Shown piece after piece: positions 14,688 through 26,473 of a stretch of DNA of 64,000 nt. Origin of the DNA: Podarcis erhardii. Lineage: Eukaryota. The translations under genes were made by a program, and so were the position numbers. The notes below the pieces were generated by a model. The model was given only the letters and a program-made list of their open reading frames with translations, made no database searches and was not told the origin of the DNA. The DNA is taken from NCBI GenBank assembly GCA_964252035.1, contig OZ176200.1; one strand, 5' to 3'. Every line of letters begins with the position of its first letter. Positions within the stretch are counted from its first letter, which is position 1.

Positions 14688-14815
14688 GTAAAGGTAAAGG
14701 GACCCCTGACCATTAGGTCCAGGCGTGACCGACTCGGGTTGCGGCGCTCATCTCACTTTATTGGCCGAGGGAGCCGGCGTACAGCTTCCGGGTCATGTGG
14801 CCAGCATGACAAAGC
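14688..14815 (-). mobile_element. Sauria SINE, 5'-truncated
   Basis: aaggtaaagggacccctgaccattaggtcc...ggagccggcgtacagcttccgggtcatgtggccagcatgac; same sequence as the 3' part of the copies at 22945 and 63266. Confidence 0.9.
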
Positions 14816-14915
14816 TGGGCAGGCGATACCAACCAATGAACTGGACCCACCCTCTGCCCTGCCCATGCAAATTCTCCACTGGATCCACTCTCTGCCCATG
14901 CAGTGGAGGAGAAGG

Positions 14916-15190
14916 AATTATAGAACTGTAGAGTTGGAACCCTGAGGATCATCTAGTCCAGGCATGGCCAAACTTGACCCTGCAGCTGTTTTGGGACTAC
15001 AACTCCCATCATTCCCTAGCTAACAGGACCAGTGGTCAGGGATGATGGGAACTGTAGTCCCAAAACAGCTGGAGGGCCTGATTCTACTCCAACCACCTGT
15101 GATGCAAGAATATGCAGCTGTCACATATGGGGTTTGAATGTGTGACCTTGCTGTTATTAGCACCACGCTCTAACCAACTGAGCTATCCAG
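14916..15190 (-). mobile_element. tRNA-Ile-derived SINE with CR1-type tail, interrupted by a MITE
   Basis: Minus head ctggatagctcagttggttagagcgtggtgctaataac resembles tRNA-Ile(AAT); tail ggttggagtaga...gatcctcaggg.ttccaactctacagttctataatt. Confidence 0.8.
14959..15080. mobile_element. Palindromic hAT-like MITE nested in the SINE
   Basis: Inverted arms cagctgttttgggactacaactcccatcat / atgatgggaactgtagtcccaaaacagctg; flanks atctagtc / attctactc look like a decayed TSD. Confidence 0.8.
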
Positions 15191-16542
15191 TTGGTCATGA
15201 ACTCAAATACAGGACAAAAGGCATCCCATTTGAAGTCCAAATGGGACAGGGAACACTCACCCCACCCAAAACAGAATAACCCCATTTTTCTACGGTAGGG
15301 ACCGATGTCATCCCTATATTGAATTCTGTGGGGTTTGCTCTCAGGTAAGCATGGTTAAGATTCCAGCCTTAGTCATAGACATTTGACTACTTTTTGTTTT
15401 CCTGTAAAACAATCTGCTGATTCTGTTTAAGGATAATAATATTCTCACATCTAGGATATTCATATACATTCCCAAAGATGTTCTGTCATAAATACCAATA
15501 GGCCTTCACACCTCCAGTGTTTCCCTCAACAACAAAAATGCATTTTTGTATTCCAGTCTAATTAAAACATATGGTGAATGATCAGTTCAGAGGTAAAAAG
15601 CTGAGTAGTTATGTTGGACTTCTATGTGGGAAAATGCGGCAGGAAAGTTGTTGGGCATTTCCAAATCAATTAACCCTCTGTGGGTGATAGCTGCCCCCCA
15701 GAAATAGTCAGTGACATACAAAATGGCTGAACCCTTTTGGGCAGACGTTAGCCACAAGCCTGCATGCCTGTCCCACCCAACTTCCACATGGTTTGAGAAC
15801 ATCAGTTTAAATTACATTTTCAGGAAGAAGGTCACCTGAACCTATTTAATTTCCAGTGCTTGCAGCATTTTTCATCTCACTTATACTTTGGGAATAAAAC
15901 TCTTATTCCAGCTGCAAAATTTTACATTAGCCAGGGGAATAAGCATGAGGTATAAATCTGCTTAGATTCCAATAATTTATCCTCTGAGGCACCCAATGGA
16001 TGGTGAGACTGGCCACCTAGCTTGAGGTAATGTTTAAACAGAACTGTTCCACATATTACACAAACAGTTACAGCTGCAAGTAAGACATAAATTAAAGTCA
16101 TAACCAAAATAACCACAGGACTATTTTCTAAATCAGAGCAATTATGGCAATTTTCTGGAAACTGGTTTCAAGTTAAATAATGTCATCTGCCATGGTTATC
16201 AGATTCTTCTTTCTCATCTAGGCTTCTTGTTGATGTCATTGGTACTATGTAAGTCAGCTAGTTTTTGTCTTCTCAGCCTTCGTATAATAGGTGCACATTT
16301 CTTTTAAACTATAGTATGGAAATAATTTTTCTACTACATTTTGGGCTGTTGAATCTGCAACTTGGTGATGAGGCACATAATCCCATCACCACAAAGTAGA
16401 GCTTTACATTTTGGTCTTAAAAACAAAACAAAACTGGATCGTGGATTAATTTACCCTTTGTTGAAGGGATTGATTTTGATCCAAAATTATCATTGTTTGT
16501 TTTTTTAAATAAAAATTATTTAATTTTGATAAGGGTTTTATG

Positions 16543-16689
16543 CAATGTGTTTTTTTTCTAAATAAAAGGTTTAGGGGTACTCTCATTTTCCTAACCATAT
16601 TGAAATACTGCCCCTCAATGTGGCCAAACTTAGATTCACAAAATGTTTAGGGGTATGTGTACCCCTGCGTCCCCCCAGAAAAAGCACTG
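16543..16689. mobile_element. hAT MITE (same family as 60777-60925, opposite orientation)
   Basis: Ends caatgtgttttttt / aaaaagcactg; perfect 8-bp TSD GTTTTATG at 16535-16542 and 16690-16697. Confidence 0.85.
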
Positions 16690-18847
16690 GTTTTATGTTA
16701 AGAGGTATCTGCTAATTTGTCAGACCACTTTAGTCAGCTCAGGATTGCCTGTGATAAGGTGGTATCTTCAGTGGTGTTGTTGCAGTAAGAAAACAATTAT
16801 GATAGAAGCTCCGCAATTTCATGAATTAGGAGAAAGCCAATAATGGGTGTCAACAATAGAAAGCGTGAAAGGATAATCAGAGAGTTGCTTTGATCCATCA
16901 TGGGAAATTGATATGTGCAACTAATGCAGATGTGCACTAAGAGATGTGAATCTCCCATTGCATCCCAATGCTTATACAGGCCTCTACTGAACTTGATGGA
17001 AACATGATAGTTACACATCCCCATCTAGACACATGAAACATATGCAACAGGCATGACTGCCAGTGAATGGCTAGTCTTTGATTGTGTGCAGAGCACATGC
17101 TACTCAGCCCTAAGGACACTTCTAAACTGTCACTATTTTTACATGAGAATCAGTCACATACTACCAAATTCAGATTGTCCAATTAAAGTTGATTTGACGC
17201 ACTTGCGCAACAAACCCAGTCCTCTACTTTGACTTTTTGCAATAAGGAAAGGAGGATACCAGTTCTGTGATACAGTTTCCCTTCTATCAAATCAGAATGA
17301 ATGCTCAATAAATAGGCAACATCTTCTAACCTCCCTGCAAACTTTCCCCATCCCAATCAGGATGAATATTCAATAAACAAGTTGTCACAAAGGACATCCC
17401 AGGACAGAAACATGTCTAAGTTTCCAGAATTGCACAGATGTGTGTGCACATGTGACATCCCACCCCCCGCAATCTCTCTGTGTATGTGTGTGCACTTTCC
17501 TCTTCCATTTCTCCATCTGTTTTGGCTTTCTCCCATATGTACCCTTCAAATAACACAAATAGGAACCGATTGCTTGCACCTTCTCTCTCCATTGCAGCTC
17601 CAGTCATGTTCATTTCCACCTTCATGCTCTCTCACTAGACCCCAGCCCCACCCTTCGGCTCATTTTATTATTATTCCCCCTTGAGCTTACTATGTAGCAG
17701 CTGATCTCCCTCAAACACACAGCTGAAGTAAAAGTGATTCCCAGAGAGCTGATCTGGAGAACATCAATGAGTCTGCAGTATCTATGAGGCTACAAGTTCT
17801 TCACCACTGTTTGAAAATAAAATATGAACCACAGCTGAAATAGATCAGTTATGACTATTTGAAGATCCTAAAATATGTTTAACATGTAAAAATGTAGGTG
17901 TGTGACACTGGCCTTTTAGTTTTTTAATGTGATTTCACTAGGGTTTTATGATATATGTGGGTGTGGGAGGAAATGAGAAGAGAGACCCTAACCGGCTGGA
18001 AGACTGACAGTGGAAAGAAATGAGAGGCAGAATTCCTTTCTTTGCAGGTCTGCTTTGTTACAGAACATTCTCACTGCTTTTTTTGCAAATCTTGAGAGAG
18101 GTCAGAGAAGAAGAACAAATTTGACCCCTGGAAATAATCTCTTTCATCTGCCTTGCTCGGCAAAGGACACACTTGTCTTGCAAATGGAGCCGTTTGACAA
18201 TCATTGGTCCACGAATCTGGTTAAACTTAATCTTTGGTGCTAACAACAAGTGCACTTTTGACCTCCCTACGGTGCAGTAGAGATACAATGCCAGAAAAAG
18301 GTCAAAGAGAAGTAGCTAACAACCTTTCCCTTTGGCCAACCCCAGAACCTGAAGGTTGGTCATGCAGGAGTTGACTTTTATAAATTAATTCAAGGCAAAG
18401 TATGTAGCACCAGAGAGACTTGTGGCAATCATGTACTACACTGAAGTCTTGTGCCCAATACGAAGTTTTAAAATCTATTTTGCCCATCTCACACAATATC
18501 TTCATTATCATGGATTGTTGTTATTATTATTATTATTATTCTGTTTCTGTCCACCTGATAGTCTTCAGATAGTCTAGACCATAACCCCCCAAACACCTGA
18601 AGTCCACCATGTTGGCAAAGGCTATTTATTATATGTTATTTTCTCACCCCTAATATACCCAACCAATCACTGCAATCTGAAGGAGAGGGTCTTCTGCAAA
18701 TACCATTGCATCAAGAGGCCCATTCCATATTACATAAGAATTGGGTCTTGGAATCTCCCATTGCCCTGGCTATATTTTGGGTTTCTCCTTAAGATCTTTA
18801 TTTTCCAACAAGTCATTGAAGTGGAGATATTTTAAAATCATCACCTT

Positions 18848-18874
18848 CATCATCATCATCATCATCATCATCAT
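18848..18874. repeat. (CAT)9 microsatellite
   Basis: Direct reading. Confidence 0.95.
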
Positions 18875-20502
18875 CTCAGTTTGTACCTCAGTTGGACTTG
18901 AAATTGTTTTAAAGTAGGTTTTTAATTGTTTAACTTTTTATTATTAAATTACTTTTTTAAAACATCACTTCAGGATATTTCATGGGGAGTGATTCACAAA
19001 TGAAATGAAATGAATAATAATATTACCATTAACAAACATTTTATAAGTCTTTGAGCTTATCTGTCTGTGTCTGCAAAAGGCAATGTGCAACACTGAAGAA
19101 ACTGGTAGAAAAATAAATGTATAAATACATGTTCAGCTGCTGCAATTTCTCATACATGCTTTTATGCATATGCTGTGTTCCCTCAAGGGTTTTCCCCATT
19201 CATCTTAATGGAGGAAATAGATTTAGACACACTTTTCCTTTTCACACACAAATATGTCTCCCCATTGACTATAAAGAACCCTAAATTCTGGGTCTGGGCA
19301 ACATTTTGTAGAATAAGCAAAATAAATAAAATGAATATTTTCAGAAGCTACCCAGAAGTGGTAGCCAAATTAATAAACTGAATAATAGGGCTATGCAAAA
19401 TCCTTGACAAGGCACAAATCAATACAAATTGACCAGCATTGGAGGTATTTGGTGTGCTTCAGAATCCAAAGTGGTCCACACATACCTGACCTGTCCTGAA
19501 TATTCAGAACTACCTGCGAAGTCTGAAAGAGGTTTTTAAAAAAGGAATAAACATTTCCTGTCCAATTTAGTGCATTTTTGTACCTCTCTCCATATATGGA
19601 AAACATCAAGGAGAGAGGAGGGAAAGGATGTCATTTTGAAACCGATTCTTCTCGCTTCCAATCAAAGAATGCCTTTACCAAGGCTCTCCTTTTCTTGCTG
19701 CCAATCACGGTTTTGTGGGAGGAGATAAGGGACTGTATCAAAGCTGCTCTTTGCTCTTTGTCTGGCAGAAGCAATGGCAGCACTCTCAGCAGCTCTGTGG
19801 CTCCAAGAGGTGCTCTACCTGCTACTCAGCATGCATGGACGAGTTTTTGCCTCCCACTACAATGTTGTCCTGAGTAAGTGCAGCATTCTATTCATGCTCC
19901 ACAGGATTAAATGGGAGCCCTTGGAGAGTGTGCTCATAGGCAGAGGCTAAATCATTTCCTGCCCTGGTGACATCAGCCATCAAGAAGAATATCTTCTACA
20001 AGTACACCCCATCCTAGGTTCTTTTTCCTGGTCATACTAGAGTATCATGGAATAATGCAAACTATTTTTTTTAAATAATACATATGCTAACTATAGAACA
20101 GATTTGTAGACAGTTTTGCAATTCTAGTGGAACTTAAAAATCTCTGTTGATCTAAACCAAGAATTCTCTCATAATTTGAACATGGAATTAGGTATCTAGA
20201 GATGTATGCAATACTATTTGATGGACTGCTGCTTTTGGGGAGGTGTGTGTCCTAGTGTGAAAGCTTAGCATCATTCAATATCTATACTGAAGCCAACCTC
20301 CACTGGACTTTGCCCTGCAAAAAAAGACAGAAAGAGCTGTGCTTTTATTACTCACCTTGGCAGATTTACTATTTAAGTGACGTAACTGCAATTGGGATAA
20401 TACATTTGTGTCTATTTTAGGATGGGTGACATAATATGCATGCAATTCCCGCTGATGCTGGAACAGCTTTTTTAACTAGAATAACTCTGGAAGAGAATAA
20501 TT

Positions 20503-20580
20503 CATAGGATCATAGAATTGCAGAGTTGGAAGGGATCCATTGGTCTTCTAGTTCAACCCCCTGCAATGCAGAAATCTCAG
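20503..20580 (-). mobile_element. CR1-type SINE/LINE tail fragment
   Basis: cataggatcatagaattgcagagttggaagggatcc...gttcaaccccctgcaatgcag; same tail as the SINE at 14916. Confidence 0.7.
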
Positions 20581-22107
20581 CAGGTGGTTCCCCATCCAAT
20601 TTGAAACCATATCGGACCTTGCTTACCTTTGCAAATGTGCTAGCGGTTTTATTGCTGCACCACTAGGAATATGGCTTGAAGCTGCAGCTACACACCAAAA
20701 GCTCTAGTGAAATACATACATATCACACTTATATACCCCTATTCCTATATGATTTTTAGGCAGCCTGCTTAAAAATCAATAAGGCAAAGTACTTTAATTC
20801 AATTTGCTTTGCGTCCATGTAAATGGAACTTTCTGACATTATAAAGTCCTAAGATGAAATGTACACCGAGAGGAAACAAGATATTTCATCCCTGAGTTTC
20901 TTTGGAATAAGGCTTGAGGGAAAAAATGTGACAACTGTATGAAACAATTGAATAATATTCTTGTCAATCTAGTTTCTATCCTATCTAGGTTGGTGGGAAG
21001 AAGTGCATTCTGTGCTACAACCATGAACTTTGTTGAAATTCAGTGTGAAGAATTATTTAGACAGCAGTTCTGTAGTCCTTGTGGGGCGGGGGGGGGGGGA
21101 ACATCCTGGGGGCCATAGGGCAGGACCAGATCTACCCCTCGAGAGCTCTGTCTCTGCTGATACTGAAGCCTCCTTTTCTGATGCATCCAGTTTCTCTAAT
21201 GCCCTGACCCAATGGATGGAAAAACTCCAGTGTTGCCAGGGCCAAAAGCAGGTTGTGAGGGGTGTTCCGTGAAGTTGCTTGGATCTGAAGGCTCCAGAAT
21301 AATGTATGAAGCAACCCACTGCTGACTGCAATCCCATTCTCTTTGTGAGAGATCAGAAGTCACTTGTTTCCCTGTCCGATATCTCAAATCGAAAAGAACT
21401 GAATATAGCAGAGCTTACAAACACTTCTGTCCTGAGGAGACAATACTGTACTGGGTGAGCTTTAAATCGATTGATTTATGGGTAATAGATAATGCCAAAA
21501 ATGAAGATTAATCACCCATAATTAACTACTGTTTCTGTTCCATCTTTATTTACCCAGTGACAGTATAATCCTATTCACAAAAGTAAGTCCCACTATATTC
21601 AGTAACAGAGCTGGCCCTAACATTAGACAGAGTGAGACAATCCACTCAGGCAGCAGTTGCTGGAAGGAGCAGCATCAGCATCCAGCTGTTGCTCCTGAAC
21701 CTCCTAAGCATTCCCACTGGACCCTTCAACTGGCCTACTGTTTCAGGTGCAATGTGGGGTGCTATCCTGGCACTAGTGCTGAAGTCAGATTCATTTGCCA
21801 GTCCAGATGGCTTCTAGTTGTGGAATGGGGAAGGGGTGTAATCTTGTCCACCTCAGGTGGAAAATGTCTTGGGCAAGCCCTGTTCAATGAAGCTTACTCC
21901 CTCGTAAATGTGTCTAGGATTGCCTCTGATTTCTAAACCTTAATGTCATGGGCACATTTCTTTCAAAACATTTGACATGCATTTAGGAAGCACAAATCTG
22001 GTAAGAATTGTGTTACCAAGCACAATCTTTCTAGTTGTATATTCTACCTCTCATTCAAGCTGGAGCGTTGAAAAGGTTTGCAACAGAAAAATATTGCACA
22101 AGCTAAT

Positions 22108-22467
22108 AAGGTAAAAGTAAAGGACCTCTGGATGTTTAAGTCCAGTCACAGGCGACTATGGGGTTGCAGCGCTCATCTTGCTTTCAGGCTAAGGGAGCCA
22201 CCGTTTGTCCACAGACAGCTTTCCTAGTCATGTGGACAGCATAACTAAACCACTTCTGGTGCAACGGGACATCATGATGGAAACCAGAGCACACAGAAAT
22301 GCCATTTACTTTCCCACTGCAGCAGTACCTATTTATCTACTTGCACTGGTATGCTTTCAAACTGCTAGGTTGGAGGAGCTGGGACAGCAATAGGAGCTCT
22401 CCCCATCGCAGGGATTTGAACCGCCGACCTTTTGATCGGCAAGCCCAAGAGGCTCAGTTGTTTAGAC
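22108..22467 (-). mobile_element. Sauria SINE, older near-full-length copy
   Basis: Collinear with the reverse complement of the 63266 copy, including the B-box region gggatttgaaccgccgacc; more diverged. Confidence 0.88.
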
Positions 22468-22944
22468 TCTAGGGGCTCCAGGTGCTTTCCCGGGGTTTGG
22501 TTTTCTCAGAATGATGGATAGCGGAAACTTTATGAGATCTTTATATGGCTTATTTACATTTATATACAACCTGAGCCTATGATGGAGGGGCTCACAGTGT
22601 TAACACCCTAAGGAGGTCTTGCTTTCCCCATTGACATAGTCTTGGATTCCAGCAGAAATCAATCATGTCTCTCTTTCACAGGCTTCTGGCTGCCGTCTGC
22701 TTCTATCCTTTAGCTCTCACACACAACTCTAGCTTTTTTCCAGTTGAGGGAGGCAGGATCCATTTGTTCTTTGGTACAGAGCTACTTCCTTTTTTACCTT
22801 AATGACCCATGCTTAGGCCATTACCAAGAAGCTGGCCTGGCTATTCCAACAATTGAATGCTTACTAGATCCAGGAATTAGGAGTGGCTAAGGCATACAGC
22901 CTAACTCCCCCAGCTGAAAACTCACAACTATATATATATATATC

Positions 22945-23236
22945 TCGAATCCCCACGACGAGGTGAGCTCCCATTGTTCAGTCCCTGCTCCTGCCAACCT
23001 AGCAGTTCGAAAGCACGTCAAAGTGCAAGTAGATAAATGGGTACCGCTCCAGCGGAAAGGTAAACGGCGTTTCCATGCGCTGCTCTGGTTCGCCAGAAGC
23101 AGCTTAGTCATGCTGGCCACATGATCCGGAAGCTGTACGCCGGCTCCCTCGGCCAATAAAGTGAGATGAGCGCCGTAACCCCAGAGTCGTCCGCAACTGG
23201 ACCTAATGGTCAGGGGTCCCTTTACCCTTTACCTTT
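22945..23236 (+). mobile_element. Sauria SINE, 5'-truncated within the B box, flanked by a 43-bp duplication
   Basis: tcgaatcccc...ggtcaggggtccctttaccctttaccttt with (ACCTTT)-type tail; duplicated flanks 22888-22930 and 23236-23278. Confidence 0.93.
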
Positions 23237-23877
23237 AAGGCATACAGCCTAACTCCCCCAGCTGCAAACTCACAATTACACACACACACACACACACACA
23301 CATACACCGTGTGTATATTGTTGTGAGTTTATATTATATATATATATATATAATATTCAGTACTTGAACAGACCTTTACTCAAAATTCTGCATGAGATAA
23401 GTAACTAATCAAGGCATGTTGACAGATGATGAACTATATCACTAATTGTGCTGCTAAGTAGCAAAACGATCTCTACTCACCTTGTAAGGTACAGTACATA
23501 TCACAATGTTTGGACTGAGATGACATGCTAATAGAGGATAACTGTGATGACTAGATAAAAATTTAAAACAGCACTTTTTCCGTCAATTTCTCAGCTTGAT
23601 GTTTCACATTTGCAGTGCAGATGTAATGATTTATTCCAATAAATCCATAACCTTAAGATTTGCACATTGCCATTTTCAGTCTCATTCTCTTCACATGCTG
23701 GTTCTTCATTAGTGTATGACTTTTAAGAATTTATGTTGATTTAGATTGCTTAGGCATTGCGTGCATCTGAATTTTTAGTATCACAGTACTTCTGGCAAAT
23801 TTTCCCTTTGTCCCTTTGCCATCTATTTTGCTATGTTGTTGCTTTTGAGTAGTTCAGATAATGGTTTAAAGTGAAGT

Positions 23878-23970
23878 ACATAAGAACGTGAAAAGAGCCT
23901 GCTGGATCAGGCCAATGGCCCATCTAGTCCTGTATCCTGTTCTCACAGTAACAGACTGGATGCCTATGGG
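23878..23970 (-). mobile_element. SINE 3' tail fragment (LF-SINE/CR1-type tail)
   Basis: acataagaacgtgaaaagagcctgctggatcaggccaatggcccatctagtcc is a common reptile SINE tail in reverse. Confidence 0.6.
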
Positions 23971-24715
23971 TACCAACAAGTAGCAAGCAAGCAATTGTTT
24001 CTGTGTTGTTCAGCTAAAGACAGAGGTACAACCCCATGAAATTGACTATATTTATTCATTAGTGTTTTCTGATTTGTGGAGGGCACAGACTTCTTCTTCT
24101 TCTTCTTCTTATTTCAGTTTGAGTCACTTCCCATAAAAGTCACAAAATAACTTTAAAAAAATTAAAATCCAATTGGAACATAGGAAATATCTTATATGGA
24201 TTCAGACCACCTAGCTTAGTCAACCCAGCATTGTGAAGAAAATAAATTCCTCCATATTTGTTAATTGACGTTTGGGACAAAGTTGGTTTACATTCTAGAG
24301 AAAGTTAGAATCTCTGAACTCAATGGAGCTTAGATTCTTTGTAAACTCTTCTCATTTGACCCTAAAGAGATTAAGGAGAGCTGTCCTAAACAGCTTCTCT
24401 CAGAGGTCCGCAGTGGTCTGGGCCACTTCCAGCTCTTTAGGCCCCTTAGCTATAATGAAAACATTATTTTAGAACTCTTTAATATGACAGCACCCATATT
24501 AACAAAAAAACAAAAAAAAATTAGACTTCTACTAAATCACATGTCCTATTTGCTCACTCGCGGTGAGGCCAGGAACACCATGTTGTGGAGCAGATTATGG
24601 AGCTGTAGGACTGTAAGCCTCCTCAACCCCTAAAGGTCCCTCTCCACAAAAGGCCCTGTATATATGCCACCCCATAAGATGCTGTACTTCATGCCCTTAA
24701 TGGATTAGGGGATGA

Positions 24716-25230
24716 GAGAAACAGGTGGCCCTGTTTGGAACTGCAGGCAACCAGACTTCAAATTGGTGGTAGTATGATCAACAGTGCCTACCTGCAGGAA
24801 CTCAGGACAGTATATGGAGAGGCTGTCTTTCTCAAAGCTGAGTCCAAGCCATTCAGGGCTATATACATTAATGTCAGCACCCTTGAATACGGCTTGGTGC
24901 AAAACAAGCAGCCAGTGCAGATGTCTCAGAAGTGGTGTTATATGCTTATCGGCAAATGAAAGTCAGAACCCATTCTGCGACACTCTGTCCTGGTTGTAGT
25001 CTCTGCACTGTTTTCAAGGGCAGCCCTACACAGAGCTCATTCCAGTAGTCAAGCTGGGAGGTTACCAAAGCAAGGATTACAGTTCCTTTCTAGGAATGGC
25101 TATAGCTACTGAACCAGCTCGCAGTGAAAGTAGCCACTGGACACCCAGCAACAAATTAGAATCAAGGAGTACCCCAGACTACATACATGAGCCTTCAGGT
25201 GGAGAGCAATCCCATCCTGTACATGCTGCC
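24716..25230 (-). mobile_element. L2 LINE ORF2 C-terminal fragment, degenerate
   Basis: Minus-strand translation gives the L2 motifs GVLLDSNL, LVTSQLDYWNELCVGLPLKTVQRLQ and HITPLLRHLHWLLV...LTLMYIALNGLG, with frameshifts. Confidence 0.78.
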
Positions 25231-25329
25231 TGCCTAATTTATAGACTTAGGTCAATGGGGTTGTGGAATACAGGCTGCAGCAGTTCTACCCTGGCTGGGC
25301 TTGCTGAATGTAAGTCATTATGAAACAAT

Positions 25330-25688
25330 TGTAGTTGTTTAGTCGTTTAGTCATGTCTGACTATTTGTGACCCCATGGACCAGAGCATGCCAGGCACTCC
25401 TGTCTTCCACTGCCTCCCACAGTTTGGTCAAACTCATGCTGGTAGCTTCGAGAACACTGTCCAACCATCTCGTCCTCTGTCATCCCCTTCTCCTAGTGCC
25501 CTCAACTTTCCCAACATCAGGGTCTTTTCCAGGGAGTCTTCTCTTCTCATGAGGTGGCCAAAGTATTGGAGCCTCAGCTTCAGGATCTGTCCTTCCAGTG
25601 AGCACTCAGGGCCGATTTCCTTAAGAATGGATAGGTTTGATCTTCTTGCAGTCCATGGGACTTTCAAGAGTCTCCTCCAGCACCATAA
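25330..25688 (-). mobile_element. Bov-B (RTE) LINE 3' fragment
   Basis: Encodes KVPWTARRSNLSILKEIGPECSLEGQILKLRLQYFGHLMRREDSLEKTLMLGK; 3' end ...gactaaacgactaaacaac; 11-bp TSD TATGAAACAAT at 25319-25329 and 25689-25699. Confidence 0.93.
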
Positions 25689-26040
25689 TATGAAACAATA
25701 GACAGTAGTTATCACCTCAAGAGGAATCCCCCCAGGTCTGTGCAAAACAGAGGTTACCAAGGTGATGGGGAGGGTTGTGAGGTGACAGGAAGGAGGCTTG
25801 GGTTTACTGGTGAAGAAGAAAGCAAGCAGCTAGAACTCCATGGGGGGGGGGGTTGAGCTGAAGGGCATAACCATCTTGGGAGGCTGGGAAAGAGGTATGG
25901 GAAAGGAGTTCAGGATGCCGTGGACTGTGTTGCTGTGGGGAAGAATGTAATGCTGTGAACTCCCTCCCTGCCCATGGAAAACTCTAGGTGCATATAGGTG
26001 CAAAATAAACCATATATCTTAAAACACCATGACTGCTGGC

Positions 26041-26126
26041 CAGGGCTTCTTTTTCTAGAAAAAGAGGTGCCAAAGCTGGAACTCACAAAAGAGGTTCTGG
26101 TGAGTTTTGGCGGAAAAAAAGCCCTG
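26041..26126. mobile_element. Short hAT-like MITE
   Basis: TIRs cagggcttcttttt / aaaaaaagccctg; flanks ctgctggc / cccttggc match only 5 of 8. Confidence 0.5.
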
Positions 26127-26467
26127 CCCTTGGCAGAGATTGGGGTGGCATTACCAGGATGCTAATAACATTTTGTATGGCCTATACCTTTTAAGACTTA
26201 AAGGATGGAAGCAAGGATAGAAGGCAAGGCTAGTCAGCTGAATTTTAAGTATAGCTTACATGTTCATTAAGAGTCTAAAATGCCAAAAATTAAAATGCCA
26301 AACTGTAACATTTCCCTGAGGAAAAAAGTGTATGATTGTATAAAACTTTCCGACTACAATGAAAGTCTAAACGAAATATAATTATTATTGTCGGTTTATC
26401 ACCTCAAACATGTTGTTGTAAATGTCATTATATCAGATGAGTCTGGTAACAGTTTTCCATTTTGTAC

Positions 26468-26473
26468 TTTATT
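26468..26473 (-). terminator. Candidate distal poly(A) signal AATAAA
   Basis: Plus-strand tttatt in a repeat-free, UTR-like block (about 26280-27000); another hexamer at 26965-26970. Motif only. Confidence 0.25.

Noticed and set aside
15125-15190. tRNA-Ile gene
   Set aside because: The T-arm and acceptor stem are decayed and it runs into a LINE-type tail; it is a SINE head.
21053-21337. 94-aa minus-strand ORF in a GC-richer patch
   Set aside because: No recognisable domain or splice context; probably an old repeat remnant.
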